Positions 25,101-37,200 of a DNA stretch of 64,000 nucleotides are shown here, piece after piece. Every line of letters starts with the position of its first letter. Position 1 is the stretch's first letter. The notes below the pieces were generated by a model. That model had not been told where the DNA came from. It made no database searches and saw only the letters and a program-made list of their open reading frames with translations. Source of the stretch: Botryllus schlosseri (Eukaryota); assembly GCA_051294905.1 (NCBI GenBank), contig CM119383.1, forward strand, positions 10,044,001 to 10,108,000. The letters run 5' to 3'. A program made the translations under genes and the position numbers.

Positions 25101-28100
25101 TATCACCGACACACCAGTACACTCCCACTGCGAGTGATTATTTCAACGTCTCGTATATGTCGAACGCATGGACAGCATACTTCTCATGTTTTGTCTCCCT
25201 GCGCCTATCGGGTCTTCCATGTGGGAACGGTGGCTGGTGTTGTGCTCGATGGCGAGATGAGTGGCAAAGTCATCTGTGACGTGGTTTGGTTCTCCCGCGG
25301 GTACCGCGGCGCAAATGGGGCACACCTTTGGAAAATGAAAAGGGTACAAGTTGAATTGGGTGGCTATCGATATTAGTGTGTATATGAGGCATAAATTGAA
25401 TAGGGAACTTTCGTAGATATTGCGTGGTAAGAAACTTTGCTAAACTTAGGAAATTTGCTGAACGAGTCATAAGTGCTGATGCATCAATATAGATAGATAG
25501 AGATAGATAGATGGTAATGTTCTACCAAATCAAAATATACAGCATGCAAATAGAAATATAACAACACGAAATCCGTACCATCCCCTAATTAACTTAATTT
25601 AACTTAATTTCAGCAGTCCTTCAACTTACTGAAACGTGCTCCCCTTGGTGACGGGCACAGTTTTCAGTCAGGTTTTTATTTCTTACCGTACCCCAGGAAA
25701 TCAAATAGCAGATTCCTTCTTTGCTGTACTTATGGTGCCCACTGTATTTTACCGGTTTCGCCAGTTTTATGACATAACAGTTCATGAAGCCGACGCACTC
25801 GGGTTCAACGTATCAAAAATTGCTAAGTTGGCTATACTAAAAATAATTGATGTAGGCTACATTGATGAATTGCTTGATTCATACTTATTATTTCCGCACA
25901 CAATTCTGCCAATAATTATGTGTTCCAATCTTTAGTCATGACGGCACTTGAAAGTTTTCACACACCCCTAAGCGGGGCGTGCCCCCGCTGTTTAAAAACC
26001 TCAATTCCAATTCACAGGTAAAACAGGAACTGAAACCTAGATTTATACCGATATGTCATGAAATACATCATGAAAAAGACATTCAGCAATCATTTCAAAC
26101 AAAACCAAAAAATACAATTTCAGAAGAGACATTCCACCATTATTGTCAACATGCTACACTCTGCGGTCAAGTGTCTACTATGCAATTTTTATTACATCTA
26201 GACTACAGCTAACAGTTAACAGTTTTAAAATCTGATCAAAATACACATAATATTATTATCTATTGCAGTGGTTCTTAACCTTTTTTCCTGCAACGCCCCT
26301 TTTCGAAAATTGCTCAAGTCTGGCGCCGCTCCTCCCCCATATTTTAAGGACGGTAGTAAAAACAAGGGGTAAGAGTTCGGGAGTCCAGTCGGTCTCATCG
26401 AGTTAAGACTTCAACACTATTGGAAGTACTGTAGCGTGAATCGCGCCCGAGGACCACTTGTCTAATTAATACTATAACAATTGTACACGCTGTACTCGGG
26501 ATCAAATCAAGGTTGTTATAACAACCATCGGGTACAGGCTAATACCATCTGGTTCGAATCCGGTGTACACATCCCGAATTCATCTCAGCAACCGGGATAC
26601 GGGAGCGTTAATTGTGTTGAGTTTTGTTTTATTGCCTTCTGCGACTAGTAAATCAACTCAGATAGTGATAAAGATCTTTGCTCACATTGAATTTAGTATA
26701 GCACCCAGGTCCCAGTTATTTACCTTTAACATGAATGTATTACAAACAAAGCAACCCATATTATATAAAGTTGCGGGTCACTACCCTAAACAGTATCCTC
26801 TATGATACGATAAACAAATATTCTGAAAATTTAATTTTGTAGCTCTCAAATACAAATATATTCAGTTAATCATTTTGACCATAAAGCTTCAAGGCATCTT
26901 CAATGTACAAAGGGCTCTCACTATCAAGTGTACAAGTGGTACAAGTGCCTCTATCTTCTGGATACAATACCTAGTTCGAAAATTTTTGTGGAAAATAACC
27001 CGAGATGGCGTGACGGAAGTATATTAACTGAGAATTGGCGATCTAAAAGTACGCACAAATAATTTGACATGAATTATAATAAACCATTGCAATCATGGAA
27101 ACATGTTGCAACTATCATCGTCATATAGCCTACTTCGTGCGCAGTGCGACGAAAAATTTCGAGTTTGGACAAATTTTGTCGAATGTTAATCTGCAATGAG
27201 AACTCAGGGATATATAGACGTGTTGTTCTACTATATAATCACCCTACTGCACCTACTACTGTGACGCCATTTTTTCTTCAGCGCCCGCCTGAGCCCAGCG
27301 CCCCCATATCGCCCTTTGAGCGTTTTCGCCGCCTTCAAAATCAAAATCGTACCTTGGGGGGCGCTGGCGACAAGGTTAAGAAACGCTGATATATTGAATA
27401 ATCCCTAACTTTGGTGAGCTAAGATAAATAACGCGAATTGTCACTGACATCAATTTTTACAAATAACAGCATACCAATTAAGCATTATGAGTCGTCACAA
27501 AACACAATAAAGCCTATTCACTAAAATCATAACACCGCGATTGATCAGGCTTGATCGGAAATATGAGATGAGCTTACAACTTCGGTAGAAGTGTCCAAAT
27601 GCTGCGAGTTCACGTGTTCTTGTAAGTTCGTTACAGTAAATCCAAGTTTCCCACAAATAGGACAGGTCAAAGCAGGTGGATCATCCATAGTCGTACCTTC
27701 GCCTCCATAGAAGAGATCTGTGTGAAATCAGAGCAGGGTTGCAAAAAAGAGATGAAAAGACCAACTTCAAAAAAACATATTTTGTGCTCTACATCAGATG
27801 TCTTACTCAGCAATCATAATGTCACTTCAAGTGGGGATTTAGTCAACAAACATTTCTAAACCTTTACCTGAGCTGTTTATAACTGGGTTAGGGTTTCAAA
27901 AGAGGTGATGGGTAACAGGTTGATACCACTTCATCCAGAATGAAAAGTCGGTAACGTTGACTGTCGGATATTTTTGGGGACAAAATATAGCCTATTTAAC
28001 AGAATCGTGACGTGAAGGATCCACTATCACGTAACGAACACAGTTGGCATTACAATTCTACGAAAGCATAAAAATTATTGAAGCATTCTAGGTTGCAATG

Positions 28101-28664
28101 AATTGCCATGTTGTACCAAGAAAACTGTTTTGCTTTTTTGAAGTGAATTCGAATATGAAGGATTCACAAGACCTATAGAAGGATACCGTATACAGATTGT
28201 GTATTCAATAAATAACACGATTTTCACATCGCCATCAAAATCAAAACAGCCAGACAAAATTCAGTGGAATTTCAAACTATCCAGATAAAATACACAGTGA
28301 AATCTTGGTTTAGAAACAAAATTCAGGATTACAGAATAGCATATATAGCAGGAAAGCTACTCGCTGTATTCAAGTACAAATGAGTTCATTGGTAACAATT
28401 GTGTTTTGTGACTCACCGAAATCTCTTTTTGTTAGAATGCACTGCATCGGGTGCGACGATGAATGGCGCGAAGTGCTGACTTTGTTTTCGAAACATATTT
28501 CACAGAGATCGTAATCGTAACATGTTAGGCACTTGAAGCGTTTCTCTTGAAAGTTACTGGTTAAGCAGTTGTCACAGCTTACACCTAGAAATGAAAGGTG
28601 TAATTCCAGATTATGCACCAGGCAAACGACATAAGCAGTTCATCTTACCTTCGTGACGAGACAT
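16179..28664 (-). CDS. KCMF1: E3 ubiquitin ligase KCMF1 (ZZ zinc finger, Di19-type C2H2 fingers, coiled coil)
   Basis: Minimal model: exons 28664-28649, 28584-28417, 27717-27578, 25325-25181, 24602-24429, 23506-23370, 18666-18500 and 16722-16179. All introns are GT-AG with consistent phases; 1491 nt, 496 aa. Hallmarks: MSRHEGVSCDNC..CYDYDLC, CPICAAVPAGEPNHVTDDFATHL, RRMFHPGRG, DPIAELLSQLSGVRRS, SLFVRELI. Extra candidate exons are described in the findings. Confidence 0.95.
16804..17472. mobile_element. Older hAT MITE in KCMF1 intron 7
   Basis: Ends (A)AGGGGTTCCCAAC and GTTGGAACCCCTG; TSD CTCTACCC/CTCTGCCC. Confidence 0.55.
17620..17730. mobile_element. Fragment of the GACTCGAGTC-repeat MITE family
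   Basis: Cluster of degenerate gactcgac/actcgagtca motifs like those at 22328 and 44273; no TIRs recognised. Confidence 0.45.
19757..20216. mobile_element. Young hAT (Buster/Charlie-type) MITE
   Basis: TIRs CAGTGGTTCCCAA and TTGGGAACCACTG; perfect TSD TGCTAGGT; subterminal CGTACCAC repeats. Confidence 0.92.
21950..22030 (+). mobile_element. hAT MITE 5' fragment
   Basis: CACGGGTCACCAACCTTTTTGAAG preceded by GTCTAAGA. A matching terminus type (TTGGTGACCCC) occurs near 62660. Confidence 0.45.
22328..22912. mobile_element. hAT-like MITE with GACTCGAGTC subterminal palindromes
   Basis: TIRs CAGGGTTGTAA and TTACAACCCTG; TSD ATTAACAG/ATTAACAA; dense GACTCGAGTC/GACTCGAC repeats at both ends. Confidence 0.85.
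25488..25512. repeat. (GATA)n microsatellite
   Basis: atagatagatagagatagatagat read directly. Confidence 0.75.
26266..27388. mobile_element. hAT non-autonomous element in KCMF1 intron 3
   Basis: TIRs CAGTGGTTCTTAACCTT and AAGGTTAAGAAACGCTG; TSD ATCTATTG/ATATATTG; subterminal GCGCCCC motifs. Confidence 0.75.
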
Positions 28665-31257
28665 ATTGCTTAACAATAACTAAAATATGTTTACTGATGT
28701 TACCTGACAAAAACATGGAAGTATTTTCATTAGACTAGACCAGAGTGATTTATGGAACAATTGTCAAAATTGATAAAAATATGGAGCTTAACCTTTTACA
28801 AACACATATATATGTTTCTCACTGGACAGATTTACAATAAGACTGCGTTCGTGTGGCGCTGGTCTGGACCAAAGGTCAACTTCAAATGTAAAGGGGTAGG
28901 GTATTCACGCACGTCACGTTAAGTTTGTGTCAATTTCATGATTTACCAATAATTGTACAGAAATCAAGTAGTTTTCATCAGGAAAATGGTGACAGTCTAC
29001 GTACAAGAAATAGTCTGTGACTAGAAAGTGCGTTACGGGTACGGCAGTACTTCGTATTATTATACTGTATCTGTATCGTAAGCCTATATAAACCGGGACG
29101 CTACAATGTTGGATGGTAACGTATTGATAACTGGCACTGCAGTCTACATTCTATCGAATTTTGACAAACGCAGAATCTAGTCCTCATAACCATGATATCC
29201 GATATACCTGGCCCTAAATATGTAGAGACTTTTCCCGTATCCGAACACAATCAGTCAGATGTCAGATCACTTTGGAACAATGACAACCTCCACAGCCCTC
29301 TACATTTCTTGTTTCCTCGAGCTCTTCCGGGTATGTACTTCTCCGAATCCGGTTAATATTCCTATCCATTCTTCCACCACTGAGGAGTAGAGATTTCAAA
29401 ACAAAGCATCGATAATGCATTATTAGTGCTTGTAAATATCTTCAACAAAAGCTTTAATTTTTCATATTTTTTATTGAATATTCATTCCTATCGATTATTA
29501 TTATATACGTTGGTCTCTTTGAAACAGTGGTTTGCAACCGTTTTATAGTCGAGCACACATACGCCCAAGATCTGCTCTCGGCCAATTTGGGAAGCACTCA
29601 GTACCTTAGCTGAGACTTACTCGCGGCCTATATATAACTTTGGGGAGCTGGTTGCTAAATAAAAGGTCAGCACCTTCGACCAATACACACATCATAATGT
29701 ATGTATAGTGTATACAGACAGACAGACAGTTTTATTGAACAAAATTACAATAAAAATATAATACATGCTACAGCGATACGATCCTTAGGGATTCCCGCGG
29801 ATCATCCAGTCCAACTATGTTGAGTGACTTTGATCCAGTCAGCTGCATTGATGGAGTACCAATTAAGCATTGTTCAATTCGAGTCTCGCGTCATAAATAA
29901 ATATATAAAAATGTAAGCAGGCCGAATAGTGGTATGTTGGAACATCAAATGAGTAACAGCCTAACAGGCAATATACTAAAGGATTGAAAGGACAGAATAT
30001 AACCAAAACAGGAGATAAATAGGGTGAACGGCAATTACAATGTAAAGCAACTAACTTCAATACGGTATATACATCATTGGCCCAGACTAACTCACAGCGC
30101 ATTCGGCAAGCTGCTATTTATAATGAAAAACTACCCACTGGTTGAAAACCACGGTTCCGAAGCAAGCTAGAACCCAACTTCATGAGAAACTTACAATAAA
30201 TAAAATCATACTTTAATAAAGTAGGCATATTTGAATTCGTGCCTTTATTTCATCAGTTCAAAACTCTAAAAGGTTGCGATACGATGAAAAGACTGTGAGT
30301 AGTCATGTTCGCTTACAGTGGATGTCACTACTACGCCAACTCCCCCTCCAAGTCAGTATGAGAGATTGATAGGCCAAATAATCCCAAGTGAAGCTAGTAT
30401 CCAATCAGTATCTAACATGCTTCTATTTTGAATTTAAGAGCAATTGAACAATGAGCATGTTTCATGACTGTCGACAAAATTGTCGTTAGTCATACCGATG
30501 GAGAGCGCTGTGTTAACTAATAATTCGTGCCGGTTACATGGCAATTGGAAGAGGACGGATGCGCAAAATTCCCTGGATTTTGAGAGACAAAACTATAATG
30601 CTTGTGCTCTGGAATACGACGGAATTTGTAAAGTCTCACGAACATTTGAACGATTCCACGTTCCCAACAAAATTACTGTTGACAGTTACCCCATTCGAGA
30701 CCAGCTATGCCGATAACGAACGAAGTATGACTCAAGTTACAGTAGAGAAGGCCTGAAATCAGAACAAATCCCAGCAAGTCTATCTGAATACCACCTAACT
30801 GTCACTAAATCCTCATAAAAACAGGTCTAAAATCATCAACCACAACAATAATATCATGTCGCAACATCTTCATTTCAAGTGGCAACGAAATTTAAAAGTT
30901 TTGAAAAATGGAAAAATAGGTTTCTTCTGTAATAATCAGGCACGAAATACATGTCACAAATCATATCGTCGCGACGTACTCGCCGAGGAGTTTTGTCACA
31001 AGTGAAATCGATACACAGAGATGGCAAAAAAAGTGGAAATAATCAGCAGAGACAAACGTTTATATGCAATCCAGCAAGGTAATATACAAATAAGTTCACT
31101 GTAATATAACACGTCCACGCGTCGGAATTAAAACTCCTTCGATAATTGCACCATGAATGTACTTGTCAAGTATCCGACGCAGGGAGCGCCGCGCACGTTT
31201 GCCAATCAATTCTTCCGGCAGGGACTCTATCCGATTTCGGCAGCACGGATTCAGAGA

Positions 31258-34200
31258 TCAATCCTGATCCATGGTCTCGCCGCCAGAATTCGAGGCTTCG
31301 TCGCCGATGTAATGGTCTCCGTTGGCGTCCGCGTTGCCGCCGAACAGCTCGCGCAATCTGAAACGAAGCACACAGCTTTGAGGCGCGAAGGTTCACCTTT
31401 ATATACAGAGACCAGTAATCAATAGAGGAAGTATTACAAATCGGCAAACCGACTAAGACCTGGAAAAGATGGAAATACTGCGATACTCCATCTCGGTTTA
31501 TATCATACAAGAGTTTTGAAAATTTGGACAGGATTTGAATCAACGATTAAACTTCAATCATTACCACTTTTACGCTCAGAATTGCCCCGAGAACCACGCT
31601 CAATAGCCCCCGCATCACGGTAACCGAATATATTTTCAAAGATGGCACCTACTTGTGGTGTCATCATTACTCCAACCCCATAAGTCGCGAAGATACATAT
31701 TGTAATTTCTCTACCAAATTCCTCCACATAAGGTAGATTTGACTAGTCTTGGAATTTGCTATTTCTACATTTAATTCAGCAGAAATTGACGGCTTCACTT
31801 CTATTGGAGTCGCACTATGACCATCTCAGATAAAATGATATGTCAGTTTGATATTAACATATTGATCCACTCATTTTATGATGACACACAAGCCGTCATT
31901 ATCAGTTCGCCTCACCTTATCAGCATACGCGTGTTGTTGTCCATTTCCGTCCTGACCTCCGCGAAACCGGTTCTGGTCTCTTTCACGCTCGACTCGAGAT
32001 CGACGATGCTCTTCGATGTCATTGATTTGTGAGTGAGAGGCCACGAAGACGGCTTGGGCTCCAGCAGAGATGTGTGGCTGGCGATGCTCAATCTGAATAA
32101 TACCACTAGAGTTTATTTCGTGATTCTAATTCAACCACTATTCTCTTGCAATCATAGGTCGAAATTAAAGGGTCATAGCCAAGTATTCGAGTACACCGTT
32201 TTATGACATCGTAATAGGAATAATGACCAGGCCAGGAAAGTTTAAAAATATAACTTTTCTGCATCATGGAAAATCATGAGTTGAGCCGTATCTTCGAATT
32301 TCCAAACACGACATGCCAATAAAATATGAAAAAAACGGGTAACACTTGATCGACACAGTCAAACTGGACCTCTACTACAACAGAATCAATGCAGTCCAAC
32401 CGCCGAGTGTGTATTTTGCTGCGTCTCATAAGCACGCTCAACTCTGTCCCACCTTGACATGGATTCATCCAACGAGCTCTCGGCTACGTTCAACTTGTTC
32501 CTATATATTCTCTGCATCTGCAATTGCTGCTCGCTGTGGTTGTCGCATTCTTCCTTGAGAGTAAGCAGCCTGGCTTCGGCATCCGCCAGTTTCGTCTGGA
32601 ACTCCTTGATGTTCCTGTCGCAAACATGCCCGTGTTACAATACTTCACAATTTCGAAAATGGCGAGAGTGTCTACTGACGTGAACCAGGCGTTTGACTCC
32701 TTGTGCATTTTCTTACAGCCTGGCACGCTCTTCTCGGTGAAGAGGCTGACAGCCGTGTCGCAGATGGAATACAGCTGCTGCTTGTCGAAGCGGTGCACCT
32801 GCTCTTCATGACTTGAGAGTCCTGCATAACGGATACAGTTTTGAGATGTGTTAGTATTAGAATTTGGGACCGCCAAGTGCTCAAATCATCAAGTGCGGAA
32901 GTCAATATGCAGAATTAACTGGTAACCGTTCAGAAACAGTCAACGCTCGAACAGAGTGAAATCCACAAACGTTTTATGTGCTTGTGCTTCCGGAAGGCCT
33001 TGTAGATGTCCCGCGAACGGTTGGCGATCACCTCCATCTTCTCGACCAGACGGTCGGACTCTCGCGAGCCCTCGTCGACAAAGACCTGCAGAGGCACCTT
33101 GTCCTGCACGACCGCCTTCTCCAGCCTGCGCAGAACTTCGCTGACGTTCTCGAAGTCTGTCCGTAACTGCGAAAAGCACACCGACACATCAGAGATGGAT
33201 GGATAGCAGTGGTGGTCAGTAGGGGCTACAGTACAGGTAGCCCTCTTTTCAAAATGCAAACATTTATAGGAGAGTTAACACCACCGTTTATTCGCCTTTT
33301 TTCCTTATTGCTCACACTTACGTCCATGAGCAATACATATTAACTGCATTGCTACGGCGTACTGAAAAGATTTGTCCTTATTTTAAAAATCGATGTTTTA
33401 TAAAACTACATTGTTTTTATTTAAAAGAAATGTCCATATTCATGAGGGGTGCCCATATTCTGTCTCAGTGTCAGTGCTCACGGCGGGTCACAATAGTCCC
33501 ACAGACGATACAAATAATGGAAATGAGGCCGTGATTACGTCTGAACAAGAGTGATGACCTTTTTTTCGTAGTCAGCAGCTTTCTAAATAGGCCGTGAACA
33601 ATGAGCATACTGAGCAGACCATCAGTTTAACTCGGAGTTTTTGGATGTCCTCAGTTTCTGATTACTAAATGGAAATCGCTACTACGTAGTAGTCTCCTAC
33701 TTGTAATTTAGCAGAAAGTTATGCGCCACCCACCTGTCGCAATTGCTTGTTTCTCTCGGTTATCTGCGGGAAGAACAGCTTGAGTTCATTGACCTCGGTC
33801 GGCGCCGGTGCCAATTTACAAATCAGCCTCAAAAGTGCGGTTTCACGGTTGTAGCTGGAACAACAGAGAGGCTAATAAGTATTGAGTACGGAAATTAAAA
33901 TACCAACTATCTCAAGCAGTTGCGGTGACGGCAACACCACCCAATGCGACTAATGACAAAGTACTTTTAATTGTACCCTAAGACACATAAGAGTCTATTA
34001 CAGCCTGTTCACCCGCAAGACAATTCGAAATACTATAAAAAATTCAATTGGTAATCGGCTGGTTACTATTCAAGACGTATACGGAGAACAGAAACTGAAA
34101 ATGTGACGTACTGTTCTTCGAAAATCTCCAACGACGCCTTCAAGCAATCCACTTTGCTTTGCACCTCCGACGCCAGTACTTTTGTCCTGCTGACCCAAGA

Positions 34201-37200
34201 ATGAAGGTGGTTTCTGCGAAATCAAAATGAAAACCTCAGGACACAAACACACGATGGAGATAAAACGGGAAAGAAAAACAAACTCAAAGGCACATCTCCG
34301 AGTCCACAACGATAACCCGCACCGAGCAATAAACCCGCTGCCCTATTGATTTTCATAGACTGATTTTGCAGTTTACGTGAACCCAAGCTCGGAAACAGAT
34401 GTACGACAGGCACCTTGAATCACTGGGTTGAGTCAACGTCCTCGCATATAATTCAATTGGCGAGCCAACAGAAGAATACAAAGAGTGGACAACGCCACAC
34501 GGGTTTGTACATTAACACGATCCCATGTGGGAATCCAATGCAAATTTACTACTGTTTGCTTGACAGGCGTCAGAAATAACTTGGCACCTTCGTTAAAGAT
34601 TAACAGAATTTCCATAATTTCGCACACTCACACAAACCACTTGACGCCGAGCCGCACGAGAGTCTGTACGAGGAGCAGGTATTCGACGGACTTCTTGATG
34701 TCAAACAGCGTGCTAGAGCATACTTTGACGAAATTGGCGTCAGTTTCCAGCGAAGATTGGGAGTGCTGTTTGTCCTTGGGCGGTTTGCCTAACATGAAAA
34801 ACAATTTGATAGATTTCAGAAAAGGAGCGTGGCGAGGTCAAGACCGAGGTGATCTGTACACTTATATTGAGTTACTGTGTTGGCCCGTCAAGTTACATTC
34901 GTCACAGATGCATCGCCATTTTCAAACGCCATTTTATTGACAGTGTCAGAATGCTTGCCGGCATAGAGCCAGTTTCTTGCAGTCATTATGTATTTGCATT
35001 AAACAGCGTCTAATACATTATTACTTGAAGTCAATCCCAGCAAGCATGCTGAGACCAATAAAACTCAGAATGCATCCACAACAGATTTGATCTGCCTAAT
35101 AATACCACAATCACTTTACACTTGTTACTGAATCAAGCCCAAGGACGGAAAGAATACAGTGCAAATAATAATTCACGAATACACAGGTCCTTCACATAAT
35201 ACCGAAAAACAACTGAGTTGATGCAGTTCCGGGGTGCCAAGGGACAGGTCAAAATGAGTCAGCTATTCAAATTTACAATTGCAAATACAGAGGCAATTGT
35301 TACAAGAAATATTCAACGGAAGGGTATCATCAATACACACGTATATCGTCACACAAGTTTTCGTTGACTAGTTTGGAATTCCCTGTACGCACGTCAGGAG
35401 ACCCTTTCGAACACAACATTATTAACTTTATCAATCATGACTCTTTCCAAGAAATCGACACGGTTTCAATTTCCTTCGTTTGAATGACCCATGACACAGT
35501 CGGCGTACGTAGAAAGCTAGCAACTGCGACCAGTCGGACCCGAGAAATGAGAAATGTTGTATTATGAGTCACAGCGCTTACGTACTTCGTCTAGCTGTCC
35601 CATTCATGCCGATACACAGTCAGCAAGGCATGATTGCGTACATGATTGTGCATATTTGCAAAGGGCAATGCGGCGGATATGCACACGAAACAAGACAAGA
35701 AGAATTCTTACGCAAAGCAAACAGTGTAACTACCTTCACTTGCTACATAGCACAATCAACGTCAAAGATCAACTTACGTCAAAACAGATCGCGGACAATG
35801 CAAAATGCAATTCCAAAGATCAATGCAACCATGCATTCACAACAGCAATAGAAACGATGCATGCGTAGTACGCGGAAAATTTCAATTGTGAAGTACGGAG
35901 TCGGAATATTGCCTTTACCATAGTGGCAATAGTCTTGTGTACAATAGCAAATACAAACAAGACGTTAAAACCCACTTTAACTCACAATGTAAACATGGAA
36001 TCTTGAAAAATGCTCGCAAAAATGGAAGAATAAACATCGAGCAAGTGTAGAAACTGTTACCACAACTACTATTAGGTTAGCTCGGCTCAAATGGTTTGTT
36101 ATGGCAGTTGGTACTACATGACCGCGCGCAAATACAGTTGAACATAACAAAGATAAATACGTTTGCTATTAATAAGCATCCATCGAAAAATCCCGGCAAA
36201 AATATTGGTCTGAACTACAAATCAAACAAAAACAAGGTGCGCCACCATGTTTAAAATTCAGTGCCCCAAAGATTCAAATTCATAAAAGATCGAAGGAATC
36301 TTCCAGTTTTCGATGCAATCATCACACCGCACCAACATATGTTAACACTCAACACAGATAAAAAGTAGCGCAAAGTACTCACAGGTGTGTGGTATATGAA
36401 TCGATTGAAAATCCGCCACGTTCGTGCTCACGAGAATGAGGGGCTTCGTCTTTGTGGTTCGCGGGTATTTCTTCACGGGCTGGAACGCTTCGACTTGCAG
36501 CAGCTCGCCGTCAAAGTACAGCGTCTGATGGCTCGACCTGATGTCGGTCTGTTCCGCGATGAGCTCTTGCAAAGACGCATGCCTGCGACGAACGAGATTA
36601 TTCAATTTGAAACGGGAAGGGGATGTCTTTCTATGCTAGAAAATATCGTTTGATCCAACGGTTCCCGCTGACGAATTTTCAAGGCATCAATCCATATTTG
36701 AGTGTAGAATCGAGCCTGTGCTAGAGCATCGTTCCATCAACTGTATATAAATCTTTAAAATATATTTGTTGGTCTATCAAGCTACGCAGTCACCATTGGA
36801 TAGAAACATCCACATTATTTCATAAGGGGACTGAGGATGGTAAAAATCCAACACTCGACTAATTCGACTTGTGTGTCGTCATTATTGTGTCATATTACAG
36901 CAAACACCAAGTACTCCAGTTGTGAACCGTGTATAAAACGATAAGGAAGTTGAGTTAACTTATTAATGCGATTTACAGCCCTTTGTACTTCCGTGAACAA
37001 TGACATCGACCACATATGACTTTGGGCAACAACAGGACTACAATTGTTCTTCAAGGTTCGAAGTTACACTGAGTGACCCTGGACTCATCCAACCTGTCAT
37101 AGCAAAGGGAATCTCGATTCTGTGGTGTTGAGTACTTCAAATAACTGTCAGCTTTGTTTGAGAAAATATATTTGAATTGCAATATCGATACATAAAAGAA

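Noticed and set aside
26545-26565. B-box-like GGTTCGAATCC suggesting a tRNA
   Set aside because: No A box or cloverleaf; lies inside a hAT element.
29525-30154. Possible hAT element (CAGTGGTTTGCAACC ... GGTTGAAAACCACGG)
   Set aside because: The ends look hAT-like but the flanks show no TSD, so the pairing is not supported.
30480-30756. Two overlapping plus-strand ORFs between TBK1 and KCMF1
   Set aside because: Short, non-ATG starts, no motifs or clear splice structure.
31166-31543. 125-aa Arg-rich minus-strand ORF
   Set aside because: Alternative frame over the last kinase exon and 3' UTR; splice phase selects the LRELFGG frame.
35554-35868. Two ORFs of about 100 aa in a TBK1 intron, antisense
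   Set aside because: No recognisable domain or exon boundaries; probably repeat-derived.
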